This document shows positions 27,004-40,753 of a stretch of 64,000 bases of DNA, in pieces. Under the pieces are notes generated by a model. It was not told the origin of the DNA. It saw nothing but the letters and a program-made list of their open reading frames with translations, and searched no databases. Within the stretch, counting starts at the first letter, position 1; every line of letters begins with the position of its first letter. Made by a program: the position numbers and the translations under genes. The DNA is from Eledone cirrhosa (lineage: Eukaryota), in NCBI GenBank assembly GCA_964016885.1, contig OZ024743.1, forward strand, positions 193,812,001-193,876,000. The letters run 5' to 3'.

Positions 27004-28845
27004 ATGGACGCCATTAATACGACACATGCCACGCCCCCCAAGGAAAGTGACAGAGATAAGGTAGCAGCACAACGCTGTAAGCCTTCCTCCTCACTCACGC
27101 AAAAGACACCACGGAATCAAAAGAAAAAATTGTGGAAATGTGTGAAAACCCCAAAAGTAACAATTACACAAACAAGAACAACAATGACAATAACAACACA
27201 ACCAGCAACAGCAACAATGACAATAACAATACAACCAACAACAGCAACAATGACAATAACAACACAACCAACAACAGCAATAATGACTACACAAACAAAG
27301 GAAAAAAGCAAGCCAACACGAATAACAACAACACGAAAGAAAACGGACCCACAGCTGCAGTCTCCTTCGCACAGGCGGTCCGAAAACGCATACATACAAG
27401 GCACTGGACATCTCGAATGCCAAGAAATTGCTGAAAGAAGCAAGGAATTGTGTAACTTTCGGGGAAGGTGGGGAATTCACAATTACCTCCCCCGAAGAAA
27501 TTAGAAGGGACACAATCCTGAGGACCGTAATCTTTAGGACAGTTTCCAACACGACTAGGAAACCGGCTCAATTGTCCCAAAACGAAATTGAGCTGGTCCT
27601 AAGTAGTGCCTAGAAGGATATCGCTTTCATACAGAAAGGGAAACATATCTGTTTTAATGCAAGATGAATTGGCGGCACGAAAATATTCTGTGTCGCCAAT
27701 TGTATCCAAAGCATACATGTTTTTCCCCACATATTTGGGGAAAAGAACTCAAAAGATAAGAATCTCGGGCATCAGGCCAAATGCGAGCATTTGGTGGGTG
27801 CTAACGGGATTCTTAGAAGATGAGGACACAATCCTTTCGATAGGCGAATCCACCGGGGGCGTATTCGGCAGCAATAGAAGTTCTGGTCCAAATGAGACCA
27901 GAACGGATAGTAAGAATACCGCAGCGTGTGTCCCTGGATGGAGTCGCCTTCATAAACATTTTTGTTGAGGGCAGGCGGCCTTCATGCTACAACTGTTCAA
28001 GAAGTGGTCACCTGAGGGCTTCCTGTCCCCTTTTAAATGCCCACCCCCCAAAAAAAATACGCTTCTGCCCACCCCACACACAACAACACAACCACCACCA
28101 CCACCACCACCACCACCACCACCACCACCACCACCACCACAACAACACTAAAAAATAACAACACAAGACACTGTCCCACCCAACTCCTCCCACCTAAAAC
28201 AAATACAAAAGCAACCACAACAAAACCCCAAAATATACCCCTCCGCAACAACACGGACGAGGACCCCTTATCAACATCATCCATTGACGACGAGGGAGAA
28301 CCCTTTCAACCGGTAAAAAGAAAGAAAAGGAGGCACCACATTAACAAAAATGCAACAAAGACACAACCACCAACACAAACAGAGCAAACATCACAAACAA
28401 AAAAACCCACGCCTCCCGAAAACGTAACACATACTACAAAACGAAAACACACACAAGAACAACAAACACAACACAACAAAAACAGTATACATACATCAAC
28501 ACAAACAACAAAACACTTGTGCAAACAATAGACAAAGACCCTTCGGTAGAAACCGAAGCGAAAATATTCACCAACGCAGCGACTAAACCGCATTTAAAAA
28601 TGATTACGGTCCCAAGGGACACCTACGCAATGCTCAAACAGAACTTTCCCGAGGACGTGGAGAACCCCTGTACTAGACCTATCAACCACGTCCTCTTGAA
28701 ATGTTTCCCCACCACCACCCCAGACACCTCTCTCCCACCAAACACTGATATCCCCACCACATCCCAAACCACCACCCCAGCAAACAACCCCGCCGACACC
28801 CCCATGGAAATTGTGCAGCCTGGTCCCCAGGAGAAGGACAGGTAG
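27004..28845 (+). pseudogene. LINE ORF1, frameshifted
   Basis: MDAINTT...; FFPTYLGKRTQ; VEGRRPSCYNCSRSGHLRASC; PMEIVQPGPQEKDR*. Confidence 0.75.
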
Positions 28846-28888
28846 TTGTCTTTTCCTTTTTCTCCACTCTAAACTCTTCACCACCAAC

Positions 28889-31800
28889 ATGGCTGTTATA
28901 AGAGTTGGATGTTTAAATGTGCGCGGCCTGGGGATGTCCTGGAAGCAGGGCAAACTCTTAAATGACCTCAGGTTGCACAGAATTGATGTGATAGCTATTT
29001 GCGAGTCCAGGATCAGCAGCGAGCACTAACTGGCCCCCATCTTACGCGACTTTGAGATCTATGCATCTCTCTGTCAGCCGGGGGGTGGCGCGGGGTGGTC
29101 GTTCTGCTGCGAAAATACCTGGTCTTCGGAACACGGAAGTTACACCTGGACCCGGAGGGTCGACTGGTGGTTCTATACGTCGTGAAGGTGCAACCTTCAG
29201 GCTGGTGACAGCGTATGCCCCATCTGGGACACCACGACCGGACTTCTTCCAACGCCTAGAGACTTTTCTGGGAACATCTCGCCCCTTGCTTTTAGTAGGG
29301 GACTGGAATGGTATCCTGGATGAACGTTGGGACTATGTAGGGTCATGTCCCGATAGAGGGGGGTGTAACAGCCTCAAATGGTTAATCGGTCGATTTGATC
29401 TGGCCGATAGATATCGACTAGATTTTCTGACTGTGCCATTATGGACGTGGACTAATCGCAGCGGAACATCTAGGTCGTACCTAGATAGGTACCTAGTTAG
29501 AAATAAGGATAGGGACATTTTAAGCTGTTCACGAATGTTCATAGTTGACTATTCGGATCACAAGTTGGTGACCGGAATTGGTCAACCTTGATAGAACCCA
29601 TAAACAAGGACCCGGTTACTGGAAGCTAAACTTGTCCTTACCGACAAACAAAGCTTACAGTAAGCGGATTAGTACTCTAGTTAAGCAGCGGTTGACGGAG
29701 GAAATTGTCAACAGCAGGTGGTGGGGCTCTCTCAAGAGAGAAATTAGAATAGAATTGATAGGTTTCAGTCAGGAATTAGCATCAGATAGGAATAGAACTG
29801 AAAGGGAGTTGATAGATAGAGTAGAAGAGGCGATTAGGAGTGGCAACGTGGTCGGCGTGCTGGCGTCAAGAACGGCCCTAGACCAGTTCTTTGACGCTGC
29901 GTTGTCAGGAGTAAAATACGTGCTCTGGGTAACGAGGGAGCCAAAGCTGTTAGCTGGGCCCGAGTGACAGAGGTAAAAAGTGGAAACAAGTCCGCGGTTC
30001 GGTCTTTGAAGGACCAGGATGGACGCGTGAACCTTGAACATTAGCGGATGTGCGCGGCCTTTCAACGGCGCTTTGCACCATTGTTCGGGAGGGGCGGCCG
30101 GCCGAGTGAGACCATGGATTTCGGTCCATACTTCGACGGTCTGCCGCGGCTCTCGGACGGGGAGGCGAAGTCCTGCGAAAGCCGATTTCAGCCGCTGAAA
30201 TAGGGGAAGCGCTGAGCCAATGCGGCAAACGCAAATCTCCCGGTCTCGATGGTCTACCATACGAACTTTATGTAGCGATGCCGGACTTGTTCTCCGATCT
30301 CCTCGAGGCGGTCTACTGCAACTGGCAACGGAACGGGAGAATTCCCAGTTCTGTAACCAAGGGCGTAGTCACGCTGGTGAGGAAGGCCGAGAACAAGCGG
30401 GATGACATAGATAACTTCAGGCCCATAACTCTGCTAAACGCAGAGTTAAAGATTTTGGCCAAGGTGTTAGCGACGGTGTTAGCGAAGATGTTGGCGCTTG
30501 TCGTCGGGAACCTGGTGGGAGAAGCGCAGACATGCGTCCAGGTCCATACACGACAATCTCCACCACGTGCGATACATCGTAGAGAGTGTAGGGGCCCTGA
30601 TCAACTTGGACCAATCTAAGGCGTTCGATAGGGTCGACCATCGGTACCTGGATGCGGTGCTCGCGCCGGCAGGATTCGGACCCGTTTTCAGGAGCTGGAT
30701 TGCTGCAATGCACAGCAGCAACACCAGCTCGAGGGTCAAGTTGAACGGCTACCTCTCGGAGCCGTTCCAAATGACGCGATCCATCCGACAGGGATGCCAC
30801 CTCTCCTCCCTTCTGTATGTGCTGGCTCTCGAGCCACTACTGCGGAAGTTGGAGCTGTTGCAGGGAATCCCCTTGGAACCGGGATTGCGGAAAGCGGTGT
30901 CGGCCTACGCCTATGACGTGACAGTAATGGTGTCGTGCGCCTCGGAAATCGGGCAGATCGGCACCTTACTGGAGGAATACGAAAAGTTTACAGGAGCCAA
31001 GCTGAACCGGGACAAGTCCGTCGATTTGCAACACAGAACGTGGAGAGGCAAAACGATGCCCTACGACGGCGTCATCGGACGTAGGACGGAGGGACCGGTG
31101 AAGCTGCTCGGGGTCTCGTTCGGACCGGACCTCCAGGTGGAGAAAAACTGGGACGAGGTAACGGACAGGGTGTTTGCACTCGCCCAGAAGTGGGCCGAGT
31201 GCCAACTATCCCAGAAAGGTCGAGCGGAGGTGGCGAACACTTATATAGCGTCCGTCATCTACTACTGCTTGACCGTCATGCCTTGCCCAGCGGAAACGTC
31301 CGCCAAAATGGAGCGCGTGCTCTTCCGATTCCTTTGGAAGAAGATCCATCTGCTGTCAACACCCTTCGAATGGAGGGCTGGGGATGCCGTGGCTGACGAT
31401 GCGTAGACACGCATTAAGGCTACGGCACCTCCAGGTATTCTTCACCGGTCAGCCGGTGTGGGCCCCTTTTGTGAGGCGAGCCTTTCCGAGACTCGTCTCA
31501 CTCACCGAGCTGCAATCCTGGGTCAAGCAAAGACCGAGAAAAGTGGGCGACTGGCACATTGAATGTGCCCAGGCGCTCACGGCCCTCTGGCAAGCGGATC
31601 CGGTAATCAGTGGAGACTCAACCTCAACATTCTATAGAGGGTTGGTGCGCAGCAAGGGCGACGACGCTCTAGGAGAGGCTCTGGGCATGGAGGAATACGA
31701 GCTAACCAGTCTGTTCGGTAGGACGTTTGGCCCGGGACCGATGGACAACTTCCAAAAGTCCCTGGCTTGGCAGTGCTACCGAGGAGCTCTACCCGTTCGT

Positions 31801-32268
31801 GACAAGCTCTACAGACACGGGAGCTCGGGTAGGGACCCCTCGAAGAAGATCTGTCCGAGATGCGTGCGTGACGCGGAAACCATCGCGCACGCATTCGTAC
31901 ACTGCCCGGGCGTTGCTGACCTGTGGGGCTATGTGGAACGACTACTGTCGCGGGTGGGACCAATCCGGTTGACCACCGAGTACATTGTCACGATCAAACC
32001 GCCTCCACCCTTCAAAAACGAAGGAGAGGCGGTTTTCCTCTGTGTGATAGTTATGGCGAAAGAGGTTGTATGGTGGACGAGGTTGAAAGGGGTGAGGTCA
32101 GACACCTTTCTCTCCGGCCAACAACTGGTCCTTTTTTTCAAGTACCATTTTAGAAGAAGGATCAGAATGGAGAGAGAGGTGCTCTACCTCAGCAAGTTTT
32201 ATGAAAGGTGGGTGAAAGTGGCGAGAATGGCCCGAGTGAATGGGCCTTCTCTCTATATCAGCCTGTAG
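28889..32268 (+). pseudogene. LINE ORF2, disrupted (YADD mutated to YAYD)
   Basis: MAVIRVGCLNVRGL, GDWN, SDH, KAFDRVDH, RQGCHLS, CPRC..HAFVHC. Confidence 0.9.
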
Positions 32269-32520
32269 GTGAGAGAGGAGAAGAAGGAGGAGAGGAAGGG
32301 AGCACCCGCTGTTTGTTCTCCTGAGGAGGAGGGTTGCACATTTTTTTGGGGTGTGTGTGCGACCCACGTCAACGCTCCCTCCCTATTGAGGACTTCGATT
32401 GTTGAATTTGATTTGTTATATGTTTTTACACGTCCTTTGATATGTATGTAAACTCCCCCCTTGTATTTGTCCCAATCTTTGATGCCCTGGTGGCAAATAA
32501 ATAGAAAGTTATCTATCTAT

Positions 32521-32643
32521 TATTAGGGATTTCGATTATTATAATTGTTTGTTTCAATATTTTTACACGACTGTATGTAAAATCCCCGGGATGTGTCTTT
32601 GTATTGTCCCCTTTTCTTGTGCGCCCTTGTGGCAAATAAAGAA
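32521..32643 (+). mobile_element. short Tx1-like 3' UTR fragment
   Basis: Ends GCGCCCTTGTGGCAAATAAAGAAA then (TCTA)n. Confidence 0.75.
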
Positions 32644-32706
<63 letters not shown>

Positions 32707-32772
32707 AGTCTGTCTGTCTGTCTATCTATCTATTTCTCTATCTATCTTCTTATCATTATCATTATTATTGTT

Positions 32773-33002
32773 GGGCGGTGGGTTGACAATATCGGTTGAG
32801 CGTCGAACATCATGCTTTACAGCATAGAGTTACGGTCATTTACGGTCTGAGTTCAAATACCGCCGGGGTTAACTTTGCCTTTCATCCTTACGGGGTCGAT
32901 AAAATGAAGCACCAGTAAAGTACTGGAGTTGATTTAATCGACTTTCCCTTCCCCCCAAATTACTGGCCTTATGCCTATACTAGAAATCATTATTATTATT
33001 AT
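32773..33002 (+). mobile_element. SINE family A, complete
   Basis: Head, B-box GAGTTCAAATAC, core and (ATT)n tail. Confidence 0.8.
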
Positions 33003-33061
33003 CTGTCTGTCTATCTATCTATTTCTCTATCTATCTTCTCATCATTATCATTATTGTTGTT

Positions 33062-33180
33062 GGGTGGGGTATTGGCAGTATCGGTAGAGGGTCGGACGCC
33101 ATGCTTTGCAGCAAAGAGTTACAGCCCTTTCCATTCTGAGTTCAAATCCCGCCTTGGTTAACTTTGCCTTTCATGCTTAC
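33062..33180 (+). mobile_element. SINE family A, 5' part (local duplication with flank)
   Basis: TGGCAGTATCGGTAGAG...GAGTTCAAATCCCGCC; the upstream flank duplicates about 32715-32775. Confidence 0.75.
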
Positions 33181-33614
33181 AGATATTTACAGAAATGATG
33201 AATATTGTGCCAAAAGTAGAAACAATTATTATTTTTATTATTTTTTAGCAGTCTTATTTCTATTGTGTTCCTTCATTGTACTATCGAGAGCAGCTCTGTG
33301 TTATGACACACCACTATTAACGTTGTCTTTCGTGTTTCCACGTGGTCACATCACTGCTAGAAGAAATATATAGCTACCTGTCACAATGGTGTCAGTAGTC
33401 TCAATGGTGAAAGTAAAAAAAAAAAAACTCCACAAATATTTCAATAAGAAACATCTTGTAAAATAGTATAAAACACAGATGACATGACAGTTGAACAAAT
33501 AAGCAAAGAAACAAACCGAACTAGTTATATTAATAACAACAAAAAATTGTAGTGTTGAAAGTGTTTATTTAAATGTAAAATCATTATGAATAGCCACGAG
33601 AATATTAATAGCAG

Positions 33615-33995
33615 CAATTCATCTTTTGCTGGCGTTGGAAGTCACAAGACAGAACCAGCTTCTCGACAAGAAACACAACCAGGGCTCGTATGATCGTTTC
33701 TTTTTAATGCCGGTTGTCGTTAAAGCCTCTGGTGTCGACGGCCCTCGAAATGCCACAGACAAACAGAAGATATCCAAATACTGGGGCTTTACCGACCGTT
33801 TCCTTTTCATGCCGATGGCATCTAGACCTCTGGTGTCCTCGGGTTCCGAACTACGCTTTTCTGTCGTAAATTTATGGGGAAAGGGCATCCCGTCTGAAAA
33901 AGAAGCCCCCTTGAAGTGGCTGATGATTGCTGATGCAGCGAGTGTTGCTGTCTGTTCTCCGCGACAATAAATGTTGCCATCTTGTCTGCAGAGCG
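33615..33995 (+). mobile_element. degenerate CRE-like RLE fragment
   Basis: FFLMPVVVKASGVDGP and ISKYWGFTDRFLFMPMA resemble the 10182-10508 translation. Confidence 0.5.
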
Positions 33996-34434
33996 CAGTT
34001 GATATATACCACCTAGACTAGGATGTAGATTCTGCTGCATCCTCCTTACTTTAATCATTTAATTTTTTCTCCTATTTCTTTTATTGCGAAAATAATTTAA
34101 TTGGAATTCGTTGAATAGTTTTTTCGAGAATTGAAAGATTAAATGAAAAATGAATGAGACAGTACCATATTCTCTAAAAGAGGTACATCTTGTTGAGATA
34201 CGTCACAAGACAGAAATGCTTCTCAGCCCTGGAATGTAGACGCCTCTGAAAATATTGAAGATGTGAGATACGTCACACGAGAGAATACTTCTTAATCTTT
34301 ACATTTTATACTGCAGACGCAAATGAAAGGATTGAGGAGAGTCACTTACTTCTTCGGTCCAGCAATCATCGAGCAAGAGGGAAGTGCAGCCCTTTAGTAA
34401 ATCTGTTGAATTTTATCTGAGTGTATTGATCATG

Positions 34435-34710
34435 TGGAGGCGCGTGGCCTAGTGGTAAGGGTGTTGGACTTACGATCATAATGTCGTGGGTTCGATTCCT
34501 GAGCTGGATTGCGTGTTGCGTTCTTGAGCAAAATACTTCATTTCACGTTGATCCAGTATACTCAGCTGAAAATGAGTACCAGCAATAGCTGGGGGTGTAA
34601 CCCTTCAATGGGCTGGAGTCTTGTACTCTCAGTTACTTCACGCCACGAAACTGAGATAAGCACTGGCCTAAGGAGCCTTCTGGCTCAAAGCAGACTTTAG
34701 ACTTAGACTT
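34435..34710 (+). mobile_element. tRNA-derived SINE, family B
   Basis: A-box TGGCCTAGTGG, B-box GGTTCGATTCC, CORE-like TTCTTGAGCAAAATACTT and a (GACTTTA) tail. Confidence 0.8.
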
Positions 34711-35019
34711 TTGTGTTGATCATAGCCCAAGTGAATGAGCCTACCCTCAACATGTAGCTGTAGGCTGAATACTACAAACGTGACAGAAGGGAAAAGGCAT
34801 TTACTGTTGGTAATTCTAGATTTGTGGTTTTCCTTCATTGGCCCTCAGTGGCGTTCCTTCTTTCAGGGGACACTATTAGCCATTTACATACTGTATATAA
34901 TTTCCTTTTCTTTTCTTCTCTTTTTTCTTCCTTCATTAGATATCTTTGTAAACCTGCAAACTTTTGTAACCTCTCTCAGTAATATCCTCTCATCTGTCAC
35001 CCTTGTGGCAATAATAGAA

Positions 35020-35043
35020 GCAACAACAACAACAACAACAACA

Positions 35044-35087
<44 letters not shown>

Positions 35088-35098
35088 AGCTGCTGCTG

Positions 35099-35130
<32 letters not shown>

Positions 35131-35175
35131 GCTGCTGCTTCTGCTTCTGCTGCTTCTACTACTACTACTACTACT
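35020..35175. repeat. (AAC)n(TAC)n(GCT)n compound microsatellite
   Basis: Read directly from the sequence. Confidence 0.9.
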
Positions 35176-36207
35176 TTTGCTCTCCATTAATGTTGGTACT
35201 AAATAGTGAAAATAAGAGTAAATAATACTACATTAAATAATACTACAGTAAATAATACTACACTTTTGGAAGAAGAGAAAAGAACAATAGGACAGCCATC
35301 TTTAGATGTTCTTTCCTTGTAACATATTTAAGAAGGTGGAGCTTCACGTTGAAAAGCTATCTGGGAACCTTTCTACTGTTATACGATAAGCCACTGATTT
35401 GTTTAGTAATGCTTTCTCGGAAGGTATATTTTCGTTTTAAATTCACAATGTGATTTTTGTGTTAATAAGATTAGAGTAAATTAGTTTGCTATATTTATCA
35501 AATGTGAGAGGCTAGTTTCTAACAATCAAGACTTCTGTCAGTAATGCCTTGTCTAGCTGTTGAACTTATTTGATAAATACAAATTAAGTTTCAAATTATT
35601 TTGATTGTACTAAGCTAATACATTCCTGAGATCCTCCCCACCCCCATGGATGTGCTGGAAGTGTTTCGTTGGAATTTTGAAGACAAGTAAATTTCATAAA
35701 CAAATCTCTTAAACTGATAAACTCTGATAACACGAATAATTTTATGCTTTATTACCATCAGTGTCTATAGCTATCATTATATTTATTTAAGATAGTCACT
35801 AGAACAAATTAATGATTTGTATAGTTTAAATTATGTGTTAATCAATCACATTAACCTTTCTTTTGATCGGTCGAACATCAGATCGATTTTGTGTGAACAT
35901 GTTAGTGAGATCAACGAAAGTAGTTTACCTTCAGAAGATCTAACGATATTAGCAAGGATGATTAATCGATGTTGGCTTACATGTTTCTGTCAGTTTGTAG
36001 GTACTCAGAGAAGATTAGAAAGGTGAAGTAATTCCTGTATAGAATCCAAAACACTCTTGGGGATTTGACTGACAGTTAAAGTCAGCAAAATGTCAAGGGA
36101 TAAAGATAAACATAGTTAAGTTAATACGTTTGTACAAAAACATTAGAATTAGTCGAGATTCCTGTTATTCTCATGCTATTGCATATTCTAGTGATTTGAG
36201 ACAATAG

Positions 36208-36952
36208 CATTTTCGTTCTTCCATACTTCTTTTCTTCCATATTTTCTTTCTTCCATATTTTCTTTCTTCCATATTTTCTTCTTCCATATTTTCTTTCTTT
36301 CATATTTTATGTCTTCCATACTTTCGCTTTTCTATATTTTCCCTCCTTCATATTTTCGTTCTTCCATATTATCGTTCTTCCATATTTTCTTTCTTCCATA
36401 TTTTCTTTCTTTCATATTTTCTTCTTCCATATTTTCTTTCTTCCATATTTTCGTTCTTCCGTATTTTCGTTCTTCCATATTTTCCCTCCTCCATATTTTC
36501 GTTCTTTCATATTTTCGTTCTTCCATATTTTCGTTCTTTCATATTTTCTTTCTTCCATATTTTTTTACTTCCATATTTTCGTTCTTCCATACTTTCTGTC
36601 TTCTATATTTTCGTTTTTACACATTTTCTTACTTCCATATTTTCGTTCCTCCATTTTTTCTTTCTTCCATACTTTTTGTCCTCCATATTTTCTTTCTTCC
36701 ATATTTTCTTTCTTCCACATTTTCTTACTTCCATATTTTCGTTCTTCCATACTTTCTGTCTTCCATATTTTCTTTCTTCCATATTTTCTTTCTTCCATAT
36801 TTTCATTCTTCCGTATTTTCGTTCTTCCATATTTTTTTACGTCCATATTTTCGTTCCTTCATTTTTTCTTTCTTCCATACTTTTTGTCCTCCATATTTTC
36901 TTTCTTCCATATTTTCGTTCTTCCATATTTTCTTCTATATTTTCATTCTTCC
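36208..36952. repeat. 16-bp minisatellite (CCATATTTTC(G/T)TTCTT)n, about 45 degenerate copies
   Basis: Read directly from the sequence. Confidence 0.9.
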
Positions 36953-37337
36953 GAATCAATTTATGAAAATAAATTATCGAGATACAAATATTGGTAGACA
37001 AACGTTGCTATTAATGATGCTTCGTTGTTTTAATAAATTATAAAAGGTGCAACGTTGTGAGGAGATAAATTTAGTGCTACATGGAGTAATTCTTGTCACC
37101 TTTACTGTTTTGAAGATCTGAGTATTTCGAAGTAACATAAAAAGTGTATTTAAATTATTATTCCATGTTGAAGAACATACATGTCAAACAGGAATTTAAA
37201 ATGTAATGAATACAAAGCATCTATAAAGATGAAGATATTAATTTTACTTTGTATAAGTTCTATAACAATTTGTGACAAAATAAAAGATTGTATTCTAAGA
37301 AACTAAGAAATAAGGGTTACTGAGGAAGGGAAAGACG

Positions 37338-37494
37338 ATTAGATCGACTCCAGTGGTACTTTATTTTATCGACCCCATGCAGATAAAAGGCAAAGCTAAC
37401 CTCAGCGGGATTTGGACAGAGAACGTAAAGGGACGTAACTCTACGCCACGAAGCATGTTGTCCGACTTCTATCGATACTGCTAATCCACCGCCC
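37338..37494 (-). mobile_element. SINE family A
   Basis: Matches 915-1103. Confidence 0.75.
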
Positions 37495-37859
37495 TACGAA
37501 TCTAAGAAATAATGCGTCGTGCCTTTGCTAAAGGAACAAATGTAAACGTGAGATTTTAACTGGATGTGTCGCTTCCTATGACTTTATTCAGGCAACAGTT
37601 CCACTTGAAATCGGTGAATTATCAGTTGATGCATCCATTGCAGAATTGAACAATTTATACCTCCAAAACGAAAAGGCTTACATAAACATGCACTTATTTC
37701 TCTAGACATACTTGTATGTGCATTGTCTATTTACTAGATGATTAAATTTAATAACATTATATAGCGGGCATATTGATTAAATTTAATAACATTATGATGA
37801 TTAAATTTAATAACATTATATAGCGGGCATATTTGCAAGTGTCACGCAAGTGCATGCTT

Positions 37860-38200
37860 ATACATACATACATGATGGTTGCTCCCTCGATATCGAATAT
37901 GGCCATTGCACGATATAACATTATTAATAATTATCAATTAAGCTATCGAGCAATGCCTGAGGGTGAAGATTTTTTAAAGTGAGGAAAGACTGTGCACTGA
38001 GCCAATGCCACTCTCTGAGCGACAGTTGCTATAACCCGAAAAGAAGAAAAGATCAACATCATCGGTAACTATTGAGCCGAAGCTTTTATGTTGGAGTTAT
38101 CCCAGTTTCCTGAGTTGCCTTCTCCTAAAAGAATGCCCTGACAAAGGCTAGAGGTCCTTCACTCCCAATGGTTTAACCGCACCATCGGGTATCCAGCCTG
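37860..38200 (-). mobile_element. RTE-derived non-autonomous element (SINE-like, family D) with (TATG)n tail
   Basis: Reverse complement of 48618-48880; TAGGAGAAGGCAACTC motif; 3' end ...GCAACCATCATG(TATG)n. Confidence 0.7.
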
Positions 38201-38206
38201 GTTATT

Positions 38207-38277
<71 letters not shown>

Positions 38278-38539
38278 TCATATAGGTAATGCGAATGAAC
38301 ATAAAGAGAATGAGAGAGAGAGGAAGAAAGAGGAAGAGAGTGAGAGAGAGAGAGAAATGAAAGAAAGAAAGAAATAGAGAGGGAGATGTTGGTATTTGTC
38401 ATGAACATTCTTTCCTTCCCTTTTCTTTACATATTTCCTTCTTTCATCAAATAATTAGTAAATATAACCGTTTATGAATATGTTTTCAAATGTATCTTCT
38501 CTAATGTTGACCATGTGGAGTTCTCTACTACTTAACATA

Positions 38540-38854
38540 CAATTGGCACTCCGTCGGTTACAACGACGAGTGTTCCAATTGAACAGCGTGCTCGAGAAAT
38601 TAACGTGCAAGTGGCTGAGCATTCCACATACATGCGCACACTTAACGTAGTTCTCTGGGAGATTCAGAGTGACACCGAACATGACAAGGCTGGCCCTTTA
38701 AATTACAAGGTATAATACATTTTCCCCAGCTGAGTGGACTGGAGCAAGGTGAAATAAAGTGTCTTTCTCAAAGATACAACACGCCGCTGGGAATCGAACT
38801 CACAACCATACGATTGTGAGCCGAATACCTTAACCACAAAGTCACGCGCCTTCA
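38540..38854 (-). mobile_element. tRNA-derived CORE-type SINE, family C
   Basis: Minus strand has TGACTTTGTGG, GAGTTCGATTCC and CTCCAGTCCACTCAGCTG; homologous to 50604-50905. Confidence 0.8.
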
Positions 38855-39785
38855 CATAACAGTAAACAATATCACATATAAAAGAACCTACACAATTTCA
38901 CTTCAAGATAGTTTTATTTTTTTAGAGAAGTTTCCATTTAAAAAAAATAATTTGAATAAGAATAGGGAATAATTATGCTTGTAATAACATCATTTGTCAC
39001 CAGAAACTGTCGCTAAAACCACACAATCTCCTATTTCTATAGATAATACAGAATTGATAATGAATTTGTCATAAATTTCCCTCAATTATACAAAGTTAAA
39101 GGAAGACGAACGAAATTACAGTTCAATATTGTAATTTGACATCGCATAGTGCAAGATGAAAATATAGCGTCTGTGAAATCTTGACAATTTGTTTACTAAA
39201 AATTTGGTTACTAAAAATTCACAAACGGAAATGAATTTTTCCATGACATTACATTGGGAATAGCTTGCACATAGGGTCGTTAACATTATTGAAAGAACTC
39301 ATATAAATTCTGACACGTGAATTTCTTTTGGGGATTGTTTTTTATTCGGCTTATTTTAAATCTAATTTTGTTTAGAATTAGATAAAGTTTTCTACGTTCC
39401 TAATTTGAAATATATGTAAATGGTAGTGACTATACTCGCGAATTTATAACTGGCATCATGATAATACATAACTATATTTCAGGATTTTTTTTCAGTTTCT
39501 ATCTTCCATAATACAAAATAGCAAAACAAAATTATAGACCGTAGATATTTTTCATTAAAAAGAAAACGAACAAAAAACAAAAAGCAACAAACTAAAATAT
39601 ATTTAGTTGGCGTCGCAATTTATCTGCCAAATTAATATAACTTTGTGTATTTGTGTGAACCCTTAACTGCTAGTGCAGTGGTAGGGGCGCTGTAGTGTCA
39701 TACGACATTTCGCGTGTACTTTTTAAATCTGGCGTAGCCCATTCCCTTTCCAAGTCTGTCTGAACACAGCCTATTACTTCCAGAG

Positions 39786-39822
<37 letters not shown>

Positions 39823-39826
<4 letters not shown>

Positions 39827-39957
39827 AAAATCTATGACCCACACGTCAGAGCTCTGCCGTCGGGGTCATACATTTTCCTATTAACCACTCTACTACCCTA
39901 AGTATTGAGTACTCTGGTGCGTTATGGTCCATCTGATTCCTTACCACAACTCCTTCG

Positions 39958-39960
<3 letters not shown>
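39823..39960 (+). mobile_element. family R4 PLE-like terminal fragment with a short fold-back, in (TA)n
   Basis: Homologous to 54410-54515; TAGGAAAATCTATGACCC is inverted against GGGTCATACATTTTCCTA. Confidence 0.65.
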
Positions 39961-40007
<47 letters not shown>

Positions 40008-40015
<8 letters not shown>

Positions 40016-40219
40016 CAGATTAAAGTTTAAGCAAAAAATCACTGCTTTTACCCTTAACGGGATCTTCAGAAGATCCCGTTAAGGGTGACAGCAGCGATTC
40101 TTTGCTTAAAATTTAATCTGTTATTTTAATAAATATTTGCTCTACGGTTCTTATATATTTGATATATATTTATCCTTATCGAGCCCTCTTTGGATTTTAG
40201 TCTTCACATTTATTATTAT

Positions 40220-40222
<3 letters not shown>
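40008..40222 (+). mobile_element. fold-back PLE-like terminal fragment in (TA)n
   Basis: Imperfect 60-bp arms centred on 40068 plus a unique tail; remnant CTGAAGA-TCCC..GGGT-(G/A)A(C/A)A motif. Confidence 0.55.
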
Positions 40223-40252
<30 letters not shown>

Positions 40253-40255
<3 letters not shown>

Positions 40256-40448
40256 CGAAGGAAATGTGGTAAGGAACCAGGTGGACCATAACGCACCAAA
40301 GTACTCGATACTTGAGGTAGTAGAGTGGGTAATAGGAACCAGTAAGACCCCGACAGCTGAGCTCAAGCCGTTTCGACGGCTAATTCTGGACTCGTCCAGA
40401 ATTAGCCGTCGAAACGGCTTGAGCTCAGCTGTCGGGGTCTTACTGGTT

Positions 40449-40453
<5 letters not shown>
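40253..40453 (-). mobile_element. family R4 PLE-like terminal fragment with a perfect 60-bp fold-back, in (TA)n
   Basis: Arms 40332-40391 and 40394-40453 contain the 3' half of a hammerhead, CGAAACGGCT...AGCTGTC GGGGT. Confidence 0.75.
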
Positions 40454-40542
<89 letters not shown>

Positions 40543-40596
40543 AAGTGATAAATAGTGATTGATAGAGAGAGGAAGGGAGAAAGAGATATAGAAGAA

Positions 40597-40753
40597 GAAT
40601 CGATCCCAGCACTAGACTGGCACACTTTTATCGACTTCGAAAGGCCGAAAGTCAAAGTTGATCGTGGCGCGTTTTGAACTCAACGTGCAGAGAGCTGGAA
40701 CGAATAACGCAAAGCATGCTATCCGGCATTCTAACGACTCTTCCAGTTCGCCA
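40597..40753 (-). mobile_element. SINE family A, diverged
   Basis: TTTTATCGAC...CAAAGTTGA...TTTGAACTC pattern. Confidence 0.6.

Noticed and set aside
34435-34510. tRNA gene (also at 50604 and the family A heads)
   Set aside because: The A/B boxes continue into multi-copy SINE bodies and no full cloverleaf is evident.
36309-37043. 244-aa hydrophobic ORF as a membrane protein
   Set aside because: It derives almost entirely from the 16-bp minisatellite.
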